This document shows positions 8,852 through 19,770 of a stretch of DNA of 38,741 bases, one piece after another. A program made the position numbers and the translations under genes. The DNA is from an uncultured Deferribacteres bacterium. Lineage in GTDB: Bacteria > Zhuqueibacterota > Zhuqueibacteria > Zhuqueibacterales > Geothermadaptataceae. Within the stretch, counting starts at the first letter, position 1. Each line of letters begins with the position of its first letter. The DNA is taken from the NCBI GenBank assembly GCA_964014485.1, contig CAXHAT010000063.1:1-38741 (forward strand), written 5' to 3'. The notes under the pieces are model-generated. The model saw only the letters and a list, made by a program, of their open reading frames with translations, did no database searches and was not told where the DNA came from.

Positions 8852-10234
8852 TTAATAGCCGTAAAAATCCTCCGTACTAAATTTTACCTCCGGATAATCA
8901 TTTAGAATCTTCCTGAAAACAGCCACGATTTCGCGTAACTTTTCATCAGTTTTCGCTTCAAATCTGAGTACCAGTACGGGCTGTGTGTTGCTTGCTCGCA
9001 CCAAGCCCCAGCCATCGCCGAACATCACGCGCGCGCCGTCAATATCGACGACTTCATATTTTGATTTGAAATAATCCACCAGCGCCGTGACAACGCGAAA
9101 TTTGTGATTATCATCGCATTCCACGCGAATTTCCGGCGTGGATACAAATGCAGGAATTGCGTCATGAATTTCCGAAAGTTTCTTACCGCTTTTCGTGAGT
9201 ATTTCTAATAATCTTCCCGCGGAAAAAATACCGTCGTCGTAACCAAAATATCCGTCTGAGAAAAAAATGTGCCCGGACATTTCTCCAGCAAGCGGCGACT
9301 TCAACTCTTTCATCTTGGCTTTTAAAAGCGAGTGCCCCGTTTTGTACATCACAGGGTTTCCCCCGTTCTCTCGAATCATTTCCGGGAGCGCCTGAGAACA
9401 TTTTACATCAAAAATGATGTCGGCTCCGGGGTGACGCGTCAGGGTATCTTGCGCAAAAATGGCGACCAGCTTGTCCGCAAAAATAATTCTTCCCTTGTCG
9501 TCGATGACGCCCAACCTGTCGGAGTCGCCGTCAAAACCAATTCCCGCGTCGGCGTTGTGTTCAAGCACCTTCGCCTGAAGGTCTTTAACGTACTTGGGAA
9601 CCGTGGGGTCGGGGAGATGATTTGGGAAACGACCGTCGGGCTCACAATACAGTCGTATGACTTCACATCCTAATTCTTCAAAAAGCCGAGGCCCAAGCAC
9701 GCCGCCTGTTCCATTTCCGGCGTCAATAACGATTTTGAGTCTCTTGCTGATCTTGATTCGCGCCTTCAAAGCGCTCAAGTACTCGTCGTTTAAGTCTCGT
9801 TCTTTTACCTGGCCGTTGCCTGATTCAAAGTCGCTTGTTTCAATTAAACGCTTTATTTTTTGAATTTCATCCCCAAAAACCGCGCCATCGTTGCGCGTCA
9901 TTTTAAAACCATTGAAATCGATTGGATTGTGGCTTCCGGTGATCATGAAACCGCCGTCCAAACGAAGATGCTGGATGCCAAAATAATTGATCGGCGTTGG
10001 AACGACGCCAAGATCAGTAACGTCAATGCCTGCCGCAGTCAGCCCGCCTATGACGGCGTCTCTCAAACGCGGCGAAGAAAGTCTGACGTCTCGACCGATA
10101 ACAACGCTTTTCCGGCCGTCGCGAATAAAATGCGTGCCAAACGCACGGCCGATTGCCGTTGCAACCTCATCCGTCAAATCTCGGTCCGCAATTCCGCGAA
10201 TATCATACTCTCTGAAAATATTGTCGTTAAGCAT
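8852..10234 (-). CDS. Phosphomannomutase/phosphoglucomutase (AlgC-like)
   Basis: IFREYDIRG, TGSHNP phosphoserine loop, DGDSDR, GEMSGH, RASNTQP. Confidence 0.95.
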   Translation of the reverse strand: MLNDNIFREYDIRGIADRDLTDEVATAIGRAFGTHFIRDGRKSVVIGRDVRLSSPRLRDAVIGGLTAAGIDVTDLGVVPTPINYFGIQHLRLDGGFMITGSHNPIDFNGFKMTRNDGAVFGDEIQKIKRLIETSDFESGNGQVKERDLNDEYLSALKARIKISKRLKIVIDAGNGTGGVLGPRLFEELGCEVIRLYCEPDGRFPNHLPDPTVPKYVKDLQAKVLEHNADAGIGFDGDSDRLGVIDDKGRIIFADKLVAIFAQDTLTRHPGADIIFDVKCSQALPEMIRENGGNPVMYKTGHSLLKAKMKELKSPLAGEMSGHIFFSDGYFGYDDGIFSAGRLLEILTKSGKKLSEIHDAIPAFVSTPEIRVECDDNHKFRVVTALVDYFKSKYEVVDIDGARVMFGDGWGLVRASNTQPVLVLRFEAKTDEKLREIVAVFRKILNDYPEVKFSTEDFYGY

Positions 10235-11126
10235 GGCGCATCTCCTGTGCTGGTCGTTTTCCTGTGACTATTCTCGGTTTGTCGGCAAGGTCGATTACGG
10301 TTGAAACTTCACAAAGTCCGGCTTGCTGAAAGATTGCTGAAACGCTTTTTTCCAAGTTTGGGGAAATTTCACAAATCACACGCCCCGATTGCGACAGATT
10401 CGCTTGGGCAAAGTCGGCGATTGCCTTGTAGAACTGTAATGGTTCCTCCGCAAACAACGCATCCGCAGGCTCAAATTCTTTAACTTCAGGCTCGAGAGTA
10501 TTTTTTTCTTCAAAGGAGATGTATGGCGGATTCGAAACGATGAGATCGAACCCGGATTCAAAAATAGCCTCGTTTCCCCATTCCAAAAAATCTGACCGGT
10601 GGAAGTGAATGCGATTGTCAACTTTGTGACGCATCGCATTTTCGCGAGACGTTTCAATTGCACTTTTTGAAATGTCAACGGCTTGTATGGTCGCATTGTT
10701 AAAATGTACCGCCAAAGCGACCGTTATGGCTCCACTGCCGCAGCCTATATCAAGAATTGAAAGTTCCGCCGTTTTATCTTCGATTGAATCGATTGCCGTT
10801 TCAATCAGGATTTCCGTTTCGGGCCGAGGGATCAAGACGCCGGGACGGACGTTTAGCGATAAAGAATAAAACTCGGTTTCGCCCAGAATATATTGTAATG
10901 GTTCACGCTTGGCTCTGCGCAGCAATAGGGATTTGAACTCTTGTAACTCATCCTGTTTCAGCGGGCGATCGAAATTGATGTATAGCTTGACGCGATCGTA
11001 GTGCAAAACATGGGCGAGGAGCCTTTCAATGTTCAGTCTCGAATCTTCCACCCCCTTGCCCTCGAGATACTGAGTCGACCATTCTATCATTTCAAGAACA
11101 GTCCAGGTTTTTTGCTCATCACGCAT
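10227..11126 (-). CDS. prmC: Release factor glutamine methyltransferase
   Basis: EPLQYILG, VLIPRPETE, LDIGCGSG, SNPPY; directly downstream of prfA. Confidence 0.96.
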   Translation of the reverse strand: MRDEQKTWTVLEMIEWSTQYLEGKGVEDSRLNIERLLAHVLHYDRVKLYINFDRPLKQDELQEFKSLLLRRAKREPLQYILGETEFYSLSLNVRPGVLIPRPETEILIETAIDSIEDKTAELSILDIGCGSGAITVALAVHFNNATIQAVDISKSAIETSRENAMRHKVDNRIHFHRSDFLEWGNEAIFESGFDLIVSNPPYISFEEKNTLEPEVKEFEPADALFAEEPLQFYKAIADFAQANLSQSGRVICEISPNLEKSVSAIFQQAGLCEVSTVIDLADKPRIVTGKRPAQEMRHA

Positions 11127-11132
11127 TGTGGG

Positions 11133-12209
11133 TCATGCCGTCGTCGAAGCCGCCTTGAGAAGCTCGTTTTTGTCGTAAGCGGAAAGTTGTTCTACGAACT
11201 CGTCCAACCCTCCGTCCAACACGCTGTCGAGTTGGTAGAGCGTCAAATTGATGCGATGATCCGTAACGCGGCCTTGCGGAAAATTGTAGGTTCGAATCTT
11301 GGCGCTGCGGTCGCCGCTCCCTACCATTTGTCGACGATCTGCGGTGATTTTTTCTTGCTCTTCTCGTTGTTTAATCTCAAGCAGTCGCGAGCGAAGCACC
11401 TTGAGCGCCTTGGCTTTGTTTTTATGTTGGCTTTTCTCGTCCTGACAGGTGACCACTAAACCTGTCGGCACGTGTGTGATGCGAACGGCGGAATCGGTTG
11501 TGTTGACGCTTTGCCCCCCCGGCCCGCTGGACCTGTAAACGTCAATTCTTAAATCGTTATTCGCAATGTCCACGTCCACGTCTTCAGCTTCGGGCAAAAC
11601 AGCGACGGTTGCTGCACTTGTGTGAACGCGCCCGCTCGTTTCCGTTGCCGGCACGCGCTGAACGCGATGAACGCCGCCCTCGTACTTTAATTTGCCAAAA
11701 ACAGTGCCGCCCTTGACTAATGCAATAATTTCCTTGAACCCGCCAATGCCCTGAGGATTTGAGTTGAGAACTTCGATTTTCCAGCCTTGCCGCTCGGCGA
11801 ATCTACCGTACATTCGATAAATATCGCCCGCAAAGAGCCCGGCTTCATCGCCGCCCGCTCCGGCTCTGATTTCGAGAATCGCGTTACGATCATCGTTGGG
11901 ATCAGGAGGAACCAGCGCTTTTTTGAGTTGTTGCTCCAGGTCTTCAATTTTCGGTTCCAGCTCCGACAATTCTAACTCAGCTATTTCTACGAGCTCGGGA
12001 TCGTTGTTTTCCGCTAGAATAGCTCGATCATCATCGATAGATTGCTGTAATTCCTTGTAATCGCCAAACATCGAGACAATTGGCTGGAGGCGTGAATGCT
12101 CTTTTGAGACTTCACGTAATTTATTCGGATCGGTAATGATTTCAGAATCGGCAAGCTGCACTTCGAGCTGCTGAAACTGCTCTACGATCTCATTTAATTT
12201 TTCTAACAT
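11133..12209 (-). CDS. prfA: Peptide chain release factor 1
   Basis: GGQ motif, PAT (PxT) RF1 specificity motif, RTYNFPQGRVTDHR. Confidence 0.98.
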   Translation of the reverse strand: MLEKLNEIVEQFQQLEVQLADSEIITDPNKLREVSKEHSRLQPIVSMFGDYKELQQSIDDDRAILAENNDPELVEIAELELSELEPKIEDLEQQLKKALVPPDPNDDRNAILEIRAGAGGDEAGLFAGDIYRMYGRFAERQGWKIEVLNSNPQGIGGFKEIIALVKGGTVFGKLKYEGGVHRVQRVPATETSGRVHTSAATVAVLPEAEDVDVDIANNDLRIDVYRSSGPGGQSVNTTDSAVRITHVPTGLVVTCQDEKSQHKNKAKALKVLRSRLLEIKQREEQEKITADRRQMVGSGDRSAKIRTYNFPQGRVTDHRINLTLYQLDSVLDGGLDEFVEQLSAYDKNELLKAASTTA

Positions 12210-12382
12210 GCTAAAACGTCAAATCTTTATGGCAGGCAGAAGCGTGGGGAGTACTTTTGTTTTTAACAAAGCGTCGCTTCCTGAAATCTGCTTAACGAGA
12301 ACGATTCTCTTAAAATAAATCCAATTGCATGGAAGGCTATGGCTGATTATGGCGTGGGGCGACTGTATCATCTCCAGTCAAC

Positions 12383-12418
12383 TCAGAAGACGGGGTTTTG
12401 CAAGCTCCCGCCTTCTGA
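12383..12418 (-). terminator. Hairpin after rpmE (possible terminator or REP-like stem-loop)
   Basis: TCAGAAGACGGGG...CCCGCCTTCTGA inverted repeat 20 bp past the L31 stop; no clear U-tract. Confidence 0.35.
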
Positions 12419-12437
12419 AAACAACTTCACAAAAAGG

Positions 12438-12683
12438 CTATTTTTTGCCGTATTTCCGCATAAATTTTTCAACGCGACCGGCAGTGTCAACCAGCGTTTG
12501 TTTCCCGGTAAAGAATGGGTGCGATGCGCTGGAAATGTCCAAGGAGACCAGCGGATACTCTTTTCCGTCCGTCCATTCAATCGTTTCATTGCTTGTCATT
12601 GTGGATCGCGTCAAAAACGCGAAGTCTGCAGCTGCGTCCTTAAAGACGACGAATCCATATTCAGGATGAATTCCTTCTTTCAC
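12438..12683 (-). CDS. rpmE2: 50S ribosomal protein L31 type B (no Zn ribbon)
   Basis: GTG start; [27 protein letters not shown]; no CxxC. Confidence 0.95.
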   Translation of the reverse strand: MKEGIHPEYGFVVFKDAAADFAFLTRSTMTSNETIEWTDGKEYPLVSLDISSASHPFFTGKQTLVDTAGRVEKFMRKYGKK

Positions 12684-12791
12684 TTTGCTTTATCTCCCGT
12701 TTGGGCTTGATTAAATCTATGTTTCCGGCAGGCTTTTTTCAAAGGCGACAAATATAATACAGGCCTATTTATAAAAGCAAGGACAAAGTTG

Positions 12792-14057
12792 TTACCTATT
12801 CATTGAATCCAGGAACTCTTTGTTCGTTTTTGTGCCGCGAATACGGTCCAATATAAATTCCATCGCTTCCACAGAAGAAAGCTCTGAGAGAAATTTGCGA
12901 AGAATCCACACGCGATTGAGTTCCATCGAATCGAAAAGTAGTTCTTCCTTCCGTGTGCCGGAGCGGTTAAGGTCAATTGCCGGGAACGTTCTGCGGTCAG
13001 CCAGGCGACGGTCGAGAACAAGCTCCATGTTGCCCGTCCCCTTAAATTCTTCAAAAATAACTTCATCCATGCGACTGCCCGTATCAATCAGCGCCGTTGC
13101 GATGATAGTCAAACTTCCGCCTTCTTCAATATTTCTGGCAGCGCCAAAAAAACGTTTCGGGCGTTCAAGCGCCGTTGCGTCCAAACCACCAGAAAGAATT
13201 TTGCCGCTGTGCGGGACAACAGCATTGTGAGCTCGCGCAAGACGCGTGATACTGTCGAGTAAAATAACAACATCTTGACCGTACTCGACCAGCCTTTTCG
13301 CTTTTTCCAAAACCATGTCCGCAACCTGGACGTGTCGTTCTTGCGGCTCGTCAAACGTCGAGCTGACGACTTCGGCTTTTACCGAACGCTGCATGTCCGT
13401 GACTTCTTCCGGACGCTCGTCGATCAGCAGAACGATCATTTTGACTTCCGGGTGGTTTTTGGAAACGCTGTTTGCGATTGTTTGGAGCAGCGTTGTTTTA
13501 CCCGTTTTCGGCTGCGCAACGATCAATCCACGCTGACCCTTGCCGAGCGGCGTGAGCATGTCCATGATTCGGGCAGAGTAGTTTTTGGGGAGGTTGGCAA
13601 GCTTGATGCGTTCGTCGGGATAAAGCGGAGTCAAGTTGTCAAACAAGATTTTGCCCTTCGCCGCGTCGGGGTTTTCAAAGTTTACGGCCTCGACTTTTAG
13701 CAAGGCAAAGAATCTTTCGTTTTCTTTTGGCGGCCGGATCTGCCCTGAAATCGTATCGCCGGTTCTTAGGCCAAAACGTTTGATCTGGCTAGGGGATACG
13801 TAAATATCATCCGGGCCAGGCAGATAGTTGTAGTCAGGGCTTCGCAAAAAGCCATATCCGTCCGGCAACACTTCTAAAACGCCTTCGGCGAAAATCAAAC
13901 CCTCTTTCTTGGTCTGCTCTTCGAGAATTCGAAAAATGAGTTCTTGCTTTTTTAAACCGGTGATTCCCTGGACATTCAAATCTTGAGCGACTTGGCTCAA
14001 TTGTGCGATTTTTAAAGTTTTAAGTTCAGAAATGTCCATCTGGTCGCTTTTCTTCAT
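12792..14057 (-). CDS. rho: Transcription termination factor Rho
   Basis: [42 protein letters not shown]; start moved to ATG 14057 (AAGGA RBS). Confidence 0.98.
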   Translation of the reverse strand: MKKSDQMDISELKTLKIAQLSQVAQDLNVQGITGLKKQELIFRILEEQTKKEGLIFAEGVLEVLPDGYGFLRSPDYNYLPGPDDIYVSPSQIKRFGLRTGDTISGQIRPPKENERFFALLKVEAVNFENPDAAKGKILFDNLTPLYPDERIKLANLPKNYSARIMDMLTPLGKGQRGLIVAQPKTGKTTLLQTIANSVSKNHPEVKMIVLLIDERPEEVTDMQRSVKAEVVSSTFDEPQERHVQVADMVLEKAKRLVEYGQDVVILLDSITRLARAHNAVVPHSGKILSGGLDATALERPKRFFGAARNIEEGGSLTIIATALIDTGSRMDEVIFEEFKGTGNMELVLDRRLADRRTFPAIDLNRSGTRKEELLFDSMELNRVWILRKFLSELSSVEAMEFILDRIRGTKTNKEFLDSMNR

Positions 14058-14339
14058 TTCAATTCCTTGTGTGATTTGTGTAAAATTGTTTTCAGTTGCC
14101 AGCGTCATTCGCGTGCAAGTCTACGCGGAAAAACGTTCCGGTTGTTCTAACAATGTCTCGAGAAAGCCGCTGTTCTCGTAGGCAAAAGCCCAAACGCCGC
14201 ACTCTCAATTTCAGGCGCGCTTTTGGCGCGCCGACGTATACAAAGCTAAATTTATGATAAAATGGTGTGTAAGAATATGGTCTTTCCGTTTGGCAAGATT
14301 GCGGGGTCGCTCGTTCCCAATTTGGTTGATATATAGAAT

Positions 14340-15443
14340 CTAATGTAAGAGAGATTGTTCATTTTGCGGGTCAAAAAAGTGGGCTTTGCTCATATCAAAA
14401 AGCACTTTCTTCTCAATGCCGACCTGCGGCGTTTCCCTGGACGACATGCGTGCAATCAGAGAATGAGTTTTTGTTGCAAGGTAGACGAAAACTTCATTGC
14501 CCATGGGTTCAACGACTTCAACAGTCATGGCCCCTTCAGCAGAGTCTTCAATCGAAACGTTATCTTCCACATCATAAATGTCTTCAGGGCGGACGCCAAG
14601 AATGACGCCTTGATCTATGTAACCTTCAACATTCCCCCCAAGTCTTGCCGGAATTTTGAGCTTCAATCCATCCGCTCTAAAATAGAGGTTCTCGCTGTTT
14701 TCTATCTTTCCCGACACAAAATTCATAGCTGGCGAACCAATGAATCCGGCTACGAACTTATTCGCAGGCTTGTTGTAAAGATGAAGCGGGCTGGCAATTT
14801 GCTGGATATCGCCGTCTTTCATCACAACAATTCTATCACCCATAGTCATAGCTTCGACTTGATCATGCGTCACATAGATCATCGTCGTCTCAAGCTGGTT
14901 GTGGAGTCGGGAGATTTCCGTTCGCATTTGAACGCGCAGTTTGGCGTCAAGATTGGAAAGCGGTTCATCGAAAAGGAATACGGCGGGTTTTCTAACAATG
15001 GCCCGACCAACGGCTACGCGCTGCCTTTGCCCTCCAGACAACGCTTTCGGCTTTCTGTTTAATAAATCTGACAATCCCAGAATTCTTGCGGCTTCCTTGA
15101 CTCGGCTGTCAATTTCGGCCTTCGAATACTTTCGCAGCTTTAAGCCAAAAGCCATATTTTCATATACCGACATGTGAGGATATAGCGCATAATTTTGAAA
15201 AACCATCGCAATATCCCTGTCCTTTGGCGGCACGTCATTCACCAAACGGTCGCCGATATAAATTTCACCGTCGGTGATTTCTTCTAATCCGGCCACCATG
15301 CGCAAAGTCGTAGACTTGCCGCAACCCGATGGCCCCACAAGTACGACAAATTCTTTATCTTCAATGTTAATATTGGCTTTGTTAACAGCGACGACGTCTT
15401 TGTCGTAAATCTTTATAACGTCTCTGAGGAGTACTTGAGCCAT
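14340..15443 (-). CDS. Carbohydrate ABC transporter ATPase (MalK/MsmX/UgpC family)
   Basis: [42 protein letters not shown] domain; no permease nearby. Confidence 0.95.
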   Translation of the reverse strand: MAQVLLRDVIKIYDKDVVAVNKANINIEDKEFVVLVGPSGCGKSTTLRMVAGLEEITDGEIYIGDRLVNDVPPKDRDIAMVFQNYALYPHMSVYENMAFGLKLRKYSKAEIDSRVKEAARILGLSDLLNRKPKALSGGQRQRVAVGRAIVRKPAVFLFDEPLSNLDAKLRVQMRTEISRLHNQLETTMIYVTHDQVEAMTMGDRIVVMKDGDIQQIASPLHLYNKPANKFVAGFIGSPAMNFVSGKIENSENLYFRADGLKLKIPARLGGNVEGYIDQGVILGVRPEDIYDVEDNVSIEDSAEGAMTVEVVEPMGNEVFVYLATKTHSLIARMSSRETPQVGIEKKVLFDMSKAHFFDPQNEQSLLH

Positions 15444-15557
15444 TCGGTGAATGTAGAGTGAAGGTGAAGAAAATCAGGATTGTGTAATGAGTGCGCGGTT
15501 GGATTTTTTGGCGTCTTTTTGAGTCGGCGGTCAAGATAGAAAAATTCCATTCTATTG

Positions 15558-16832
15558 TCAAGAAATTTTAGATTCGTACAATTTCAAGAACTCTCCGACC
15601 ACGTAATGAGAACCTGTGATAACAAGAAGGTCTTGAGAAGTCAATACGTTCAGCGCATGCTGGTATGCTGCTTCAAGCGTTTTAAACGAACTAGACTCAA
15701 CCGCCAAATTGCAAGCGGCTTGGTCGAGTGAATCCGCCGGGAGGGAACGTGACGATTTCGGCGTCACACAGAACAATTCATGAATTACCGGCTTGAGAAA
15801 AGAGAGCATCGTAACATAGTCTTTGTCTGCAAGTACGCCGGCAATAACAAAAATCCGTCGATCTCGATAATAATTTTGTAGATATTCTATTAAAACGAGC
15901 ACGCTGTCAGGATTGTGCGCCACATCAATCAGAATGGGAGGGCTATGAGAGACTATTTCCAGGCGCGCTTTGGTTTTAAGCTTCATGAGCCCGGCTTGAA
16001 TGCATTTTTTTAATCCGGGCTTGCTCATGAACAATTTGGCGCAGCCAAAAGCTGTGATAAAATTTTCAAGTTGCCGCTGTCCGGGCAAGGGCAGTGAAAC
16101 AGAGCCGTAATCATCACCTTTGTATTCAAATCGAAACGTCTGAGAGTTTGCGCTCTGCGAAAGGTGCGTTGTCTTGGCGTTTGCGTGCGGAGTAAGCCAA
16201 ACCGAACCTTCCCGGCGGCAGATGGCCGTCAGCACTTCTCTCGCTTCTTCTTTGAGCTTTCCAAAAACGACCGGAGCGCCGGGCTTGATAATGCCTCCTT
16301 TCTCGGCGGCAATTTTTGCAATTGTATCACCCAAGATCGCTTCGTGTTCCAGGGAAATCGTCGTGATAATTGTACAATCCGGCGAAACGATATTTGTTGC
16401 ATCCAACCTGCCCCCAAGTCCCGTTTCGACAATAGCGAGATCGACTTCGCATCTCTGGAAAATAAAAAATGCAGTCGCCGTCATCACCTCAAAGTACGTG
16501 GCTTCGTTTGCGTCAAAAATCGGTTTCAGTTCGCGAATCGCACTCTCAAACTCCGAGCTTGTAACGTCAAGACCATCGATGCGAATTCTTTCACAAGGCG
16601 AAATTAAATGAGGCGAAGTATAAACGCCGACCTTCTTTCCGCTTGCTGTGAAAATCGATTCTAATATCCCTGCCGTCGATCCTTTTCCATTACTTCCGGC
16701 AATGTGAATGACTTGGTAATCCAGCTCAGGGTTGCCCATGGCAGAAGCTATTTCGTGCATCCTGCCAAGCCCCAATTTCCAGCCAAACATGCCGAGGCTA
16801 TCGAGATATTCTTCTATTTCTTTGGAAAGCAT
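15558..16832 (-). CDS. folC: Folylpolyglutamate synthase / dihydrofolate synthase
   Basis: HIAGSNGKGST, YTSPHL, ETGLGGRLDATN, DVAHNP, TGSHY. Confidence 0.95.
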   Translation of the reverse strand: MLSKEIEEYLDSLGMFGWKLGLGRMHEIASAMGNPELDYQVIHIAGSNGKGSTAGILESIFTASGKKVGVYTSPHLISPCERIRIDGLDVTSSEFESAIRELKPIFDANEATYFEVMTATAFFIFQRCEVDLAIVETGLGGRLDATNIVSPDCTIITTISLEHEAILGDTIAKIAAEKGGIIKPGAPVVFGKLKEEAREVLTAICRREGSVWLTPHANAKTTHLSQSANSQTFRFEYKGDDYGSVSLPLPGQRQLENFITAFGCAKLFMSKPGLKKCIQAGLMKLKTKARLEIVSHSPPILIDVAHNPDSVLVLIEYLQNYYRDRRIFVIAGVLADKDYVTMLSFLKPVIHELFCVTPKSSRSLPADSLDQAACNLAVESSSFKTLEAAYQHALNVLTSQDLLVITGSHYVVGEFLKLYESKIS

Positions 16833-16879
16833 GATGAATTTCTGGCGACTTAAAATTTACTCTGCATAGAGCGTTATGC

Positions 16880-16952
16880 GATGTAATAGTTTGTGAGATT
16901 CTTCCGAGCAAATGCAACAATATCACAAAATTGCTATGCAAATTATTACATC
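16880..16952. promoter_or_regulatory. Candidate activator (bEBP) binding region
   Basis: GATGTAATAGTTTG (16880-16893) and CAAATTATTACATC (16939-16952) are a 13/14 inverted repeat, with an inner TTTGTGA/TCACAAA pair, 170-240 bp upstream of a sigma-54 motif. Confidence 0.4.
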
Positions 16953-17121
16953 TTGCAAGGAAACAATTTGCACAAGCAAGGTAAAGATAGCAATTTTCTT
17001 GCTCTCGAAGACGTCTTTCAAGCCAAGTTGCGGCTAAAATCGAAGCGTTTTTAACTTGAAAATTCGTTTAAACCGCACGTTGCGTTTATTTCCTGAAATT
17101 GCAGCTTGAAAAGTCTGAAAG

Positions 17122-17136
17122 TGGCATATTACTTGC
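17122..17136 (+). promoter_or_regulatory. Sigma-54 (-24/-12) promoter
   Basis: TGGCATATTACTTGC: GG-N10-GC with TGGCA and TTGC consensus, about 70 bp upstream of the TonB receptor ATG. Confidence 0.7.
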
Positions 17137-17207
17137 GCTTAACCCTGAGTAAATTTTCGCCGTTCTTCATGTCGGCGGGCGATTTCCAGTTTTCCACCTG
17201 AAAACCC

Positions 17208-19703
17208 ATGAATGTCTTTAACGCCCCTGTAAAACTTCGGAGCATTTTACTGCTCGCCTTCTTCGTCTCCAAATCTGCCGTGGCCGGCGTAACGGGCGGT
17301 TTGGACGGGCATGTTAAAGACGCTGTCAGCGGCGGAGCTTTAAGAGGTGCGGAAATCAGCATTCTCGAATTGGGCAAACAGAGCGTTACTGACAAGGACG
17401 GCTTCTACGTTTTTACAGCGCTTCCGCCAGGCAAATATACGCTGCTTGTCAATTTCGTCGGTTATGCCATGGTCACCCCGGTCAATGTCACCATCAAGAC
17501 CGACGCCACGGCTCATATCGATATAAACATGGCTTTGCGCGCCATTCTCGCCGATACATCCATTGTTATCGAACGCAGCAGAACCCCGCTGCCCTATGAA
17601 ATTCCATCGACAACGCACTACGTTAATGACAGCGATTTCAGTCTCTCACTGCCGGTAGACAATTACATCGAAAGCTTCAAGCTCATGCCCGGAATTTTCT
17701 CAAACCACTTTCGCGGCGGTCGCTTGGGGGATGTGATTTATCTTATCGACGGCGTTCCGATGATCAGCGCGATGTCAAGAAATGTGGCTTTCAATCTTCC
17801 CACCAGCGCAGTGGAAGAAATAGTTGTCCAAACAGGCGGTTTTAGTGCTGAGTATGGCAATGGAAACGCCGGCGTCGTCAACATTATTCGAAAGCGCGCC
17901 AGAGATAAATTTCAATTCAACGCACGATCCTATTCCGACAATGTCGGAAAGTTGAACGAAGAGTTCGACAATCTTCGCAGCGTTGAAGCCGGATTCGGCG
18001 GGCCAATGGCAATCAGCTTTGGCGGGCCAGTTCTTGACGCGAATTATTATATTAGTGGAAATTACACAACAACAGACACGCCGTTTAGAGAACAATTCAA
18101 ATCTCAATTCAACGACCCGATCCAACGAAACGGCAACCTGTCCGCCATTGTCGATTTAAAACTAACGCAAGACCTTCATCTTTCTCTGCAATCAGCCGTT
18201 TCTCAATGGCGCTGGCGAACATTGGATGATCTCGGCAATGACCCGATCTCAGCTTTGCCACTGCATGCGAACAACCGCCTAAACACTGCCGTGCATCTGA
18301 CGCATACATTGTCGCCATCGATGTACTATCGACTTTCTCTCGGCTATAACAAAATTCGAGATCGTGTATCGGGCAGCGTGATCGACACCTTGCAGTCCGT
18401 TATTCTTTCCAACAACCTTTCTCCGACGCTGGAATTAGGCCTTGATGAATCCCCCTGGCGACAAAGCGTTCAAGAAGATATTTATTATCTGCGTGCAAAT
18501 TTCCTGAAGCAACTCAGCAGCAAAATCCAGGTGCGTGCAGGATTATCCAGCGAATATTATGATGTGGCCATGGACGGGCAAAAGCTTGTGGTTCAGCCAT
18601 ATCGACTTAGCGAGCCGAAAGTCGCCTATAGCTACAATAAATTCGTAAATGAATTTCAGGAATCGCCTTATACTATTGCGGGATATGTCGAATCGAGGGT
18701 GCGCCTGCCGCTTCAAATGATCGCGCAGGTCGGTCTCCGCATGGATTATTTTCATCCAAATGCAAGATCGCCTCAGAATGCTGATACAACTTTACACGAT
18801 CCTGCGGCTATTCTTGCATCGCCTAAAATCGTACCAAGTCCGCGAATTGGCGTTTCCGTTCCAATCACTGCGGTTGACTATTTTTATGCGAATTACGGCG
18901 TTTACGCACAAATACCTTCACTCTATCATTTATATGCCGGAACCGGCACGGCGAGCGATGTATTCATCCCATTGCAAGGCAATCCGGATTTGCACTTGGA
19001 GCAGAGTCGAAATCTTGAGTTCTCTTATCATCGGAGCCTGCCGAACGCATCGAGTTTTCATGCGACAGCATTTTATCGAGAATATCACAATTTAGTGGAC
19101 TCGGAAATTCTTGCGTCATCCAATTCGGCTCTTGCTCTGGAAGATCAGATTCGCTATACGCAAGGCAGGTTTTCAAACAGCGCGTTTGGGCGCGCGCGCG
19201 GAGTGGAGCTTCTTTTTAATTATAATCTCGTCAATGGCTTAAATAGCCGTTTCGGCTATACTTACATGCTCTCCACCGGCACGGCGAACAACCCTGAAGA
19301 ATATTATAATTTGTTTGTGCGAAACGGAAATGCGTCGAGTAAATTTGAGGACAATTTGAAGTGGGATCAACGCCACAGCTACTTGATTGCCGTGAAGCTT
19401 GACACGCGTGATATGGAAATTGGCTTCATTTCGCGACTCTTCAGTTCAAGGGAATGGCTCGACGAATCGACAACGGGCACATTGCAAAAAAAGCTTCCCG
19501 TGCGTAACCTGCTCGACTTCAAATTTGCTTACAAAGGCCGGATCGGCAAACACAAACTGTTGCCGTTTTTTGAAATACGAAATTTCTTTGACGTTCGGTT
19601 TGAAGAAATTCGCGAAAATTCACTCTTCTTTAACGACCAACCGCTTGTCTTTTCACAAGACTATCTCGGCCGCCGGTACCGGATCGGCTTTCAAATCAAT
19701 TAG
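17208..19703 (+). CDS. TonB-dependent receptor with N-terminal carboxypeptidase-regulatory-like domain
   Basis: Signal peptide; TDKDGFY..LPPGKYTL; plug motifs FRGGR..YLIDGVP and TGGFSAEYG; GNPDL and amphipathic beta-strands. Confidence 0.88.
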   Translation: MNVFNAPVKLRSILLLAFFVSKSAVAGVTGGLDGHVKDAVSGGALRGAEISILELGKQSVTDKDGFYVFTALPPGKYTLLVNFVGYAMVTPVNVTIKTDATAHIDINMALRAILADTSIVIERSRTPLPYEIPSTTHYVNDSDFSLSLPVDNYIESFKLMPGIFSNHFRGGRLGDVIYLIDGVPMISAMSRNVAFNLPTSAVEEIVVQTGGFSAEYGNGNAGVVNIIRKRARDKFQFNARSYSDNVGKLNEEFDNLRSVEAGFGGPMAISFGGPVLDANYYISGNYTTTDTPFREQFKSQFNDPIQRNGNLSAIVDLKLTQDLHLSLQSAVSQWRWRTLDDLGNDPISALPLHANNRLNTAVHLTHTLSPSMYYRLSLGYNKIRDRVSGSVIDTLQSVILSNNLSPTLELGLDESPWRQSVQEDIYYLRANFLKQLSSKIQVRAGLSSEYYDVAMDGQKLVVQPYRLSEPKVAYSYNKFVNEFQESPYTIAGYVESRVRLPLQMIAQVGLRMDYFHPNARSPQNADTTLHDPAAILASPKIVPSPRIGVSVPITAVDYFYANYGVYAQIPSLYHLYAGTGTASDVFIPLQGNPDLHLEQSRNLEFSYHRSLPNASSFHATAFYREYHNLVDSEILASSNSALALEDQIRYTQGRFSNSAFGRARGVELLFNYNLVNGLNSRFGYTYMLSTGTANNPEEYYNLFVRNGNASSKFEDNLKWDQRHSYLIAVKLDTRDMEIGFISRLFSSREWLDESTTGTLQKKLPVRNLLDFKFAYKGRIGKHKLLPFFEIRNFFDVRFEEIRENSLFFNDQPLVFSQDYLGRRYRIGFQIN

Positions 19704-19711
19704 AACATATT

Positions 19712-19739
19712 GTAGAGACGCGATGAATCGCGTCTCTAC
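19712..19739. repeat. GTAG-type REP palindrome
   Basis: GTAGAGACGCGATGAATCGCGTCTCTAC between convergent genes; 27/28 identical to 28390-28417. Confidence 0.85.
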
Positions 19740-19770
19740 GTTCCTTCAGATGACTTTAAGTCGTACTGCT

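Noticed and set aside
11287..11303. tRNA T-arm-like GGTTCGAATC
   Set aside because: Inside prfA coding sequence with no cloverleaf
12438..12683. Zur-regulated paralogue status of the type-B L31
   Set aside because: It sits in the ancestral rho-rpmE-prfA position and no Zur box was recognised, so it is probably the sole L31
14355..15062. Long antisense ORFs (also 29236-30003, 4381-4920, 26608-27165, 37795-38733)
   Set aside because: Shadow frames of well-conserved genes with no recognisable motifs
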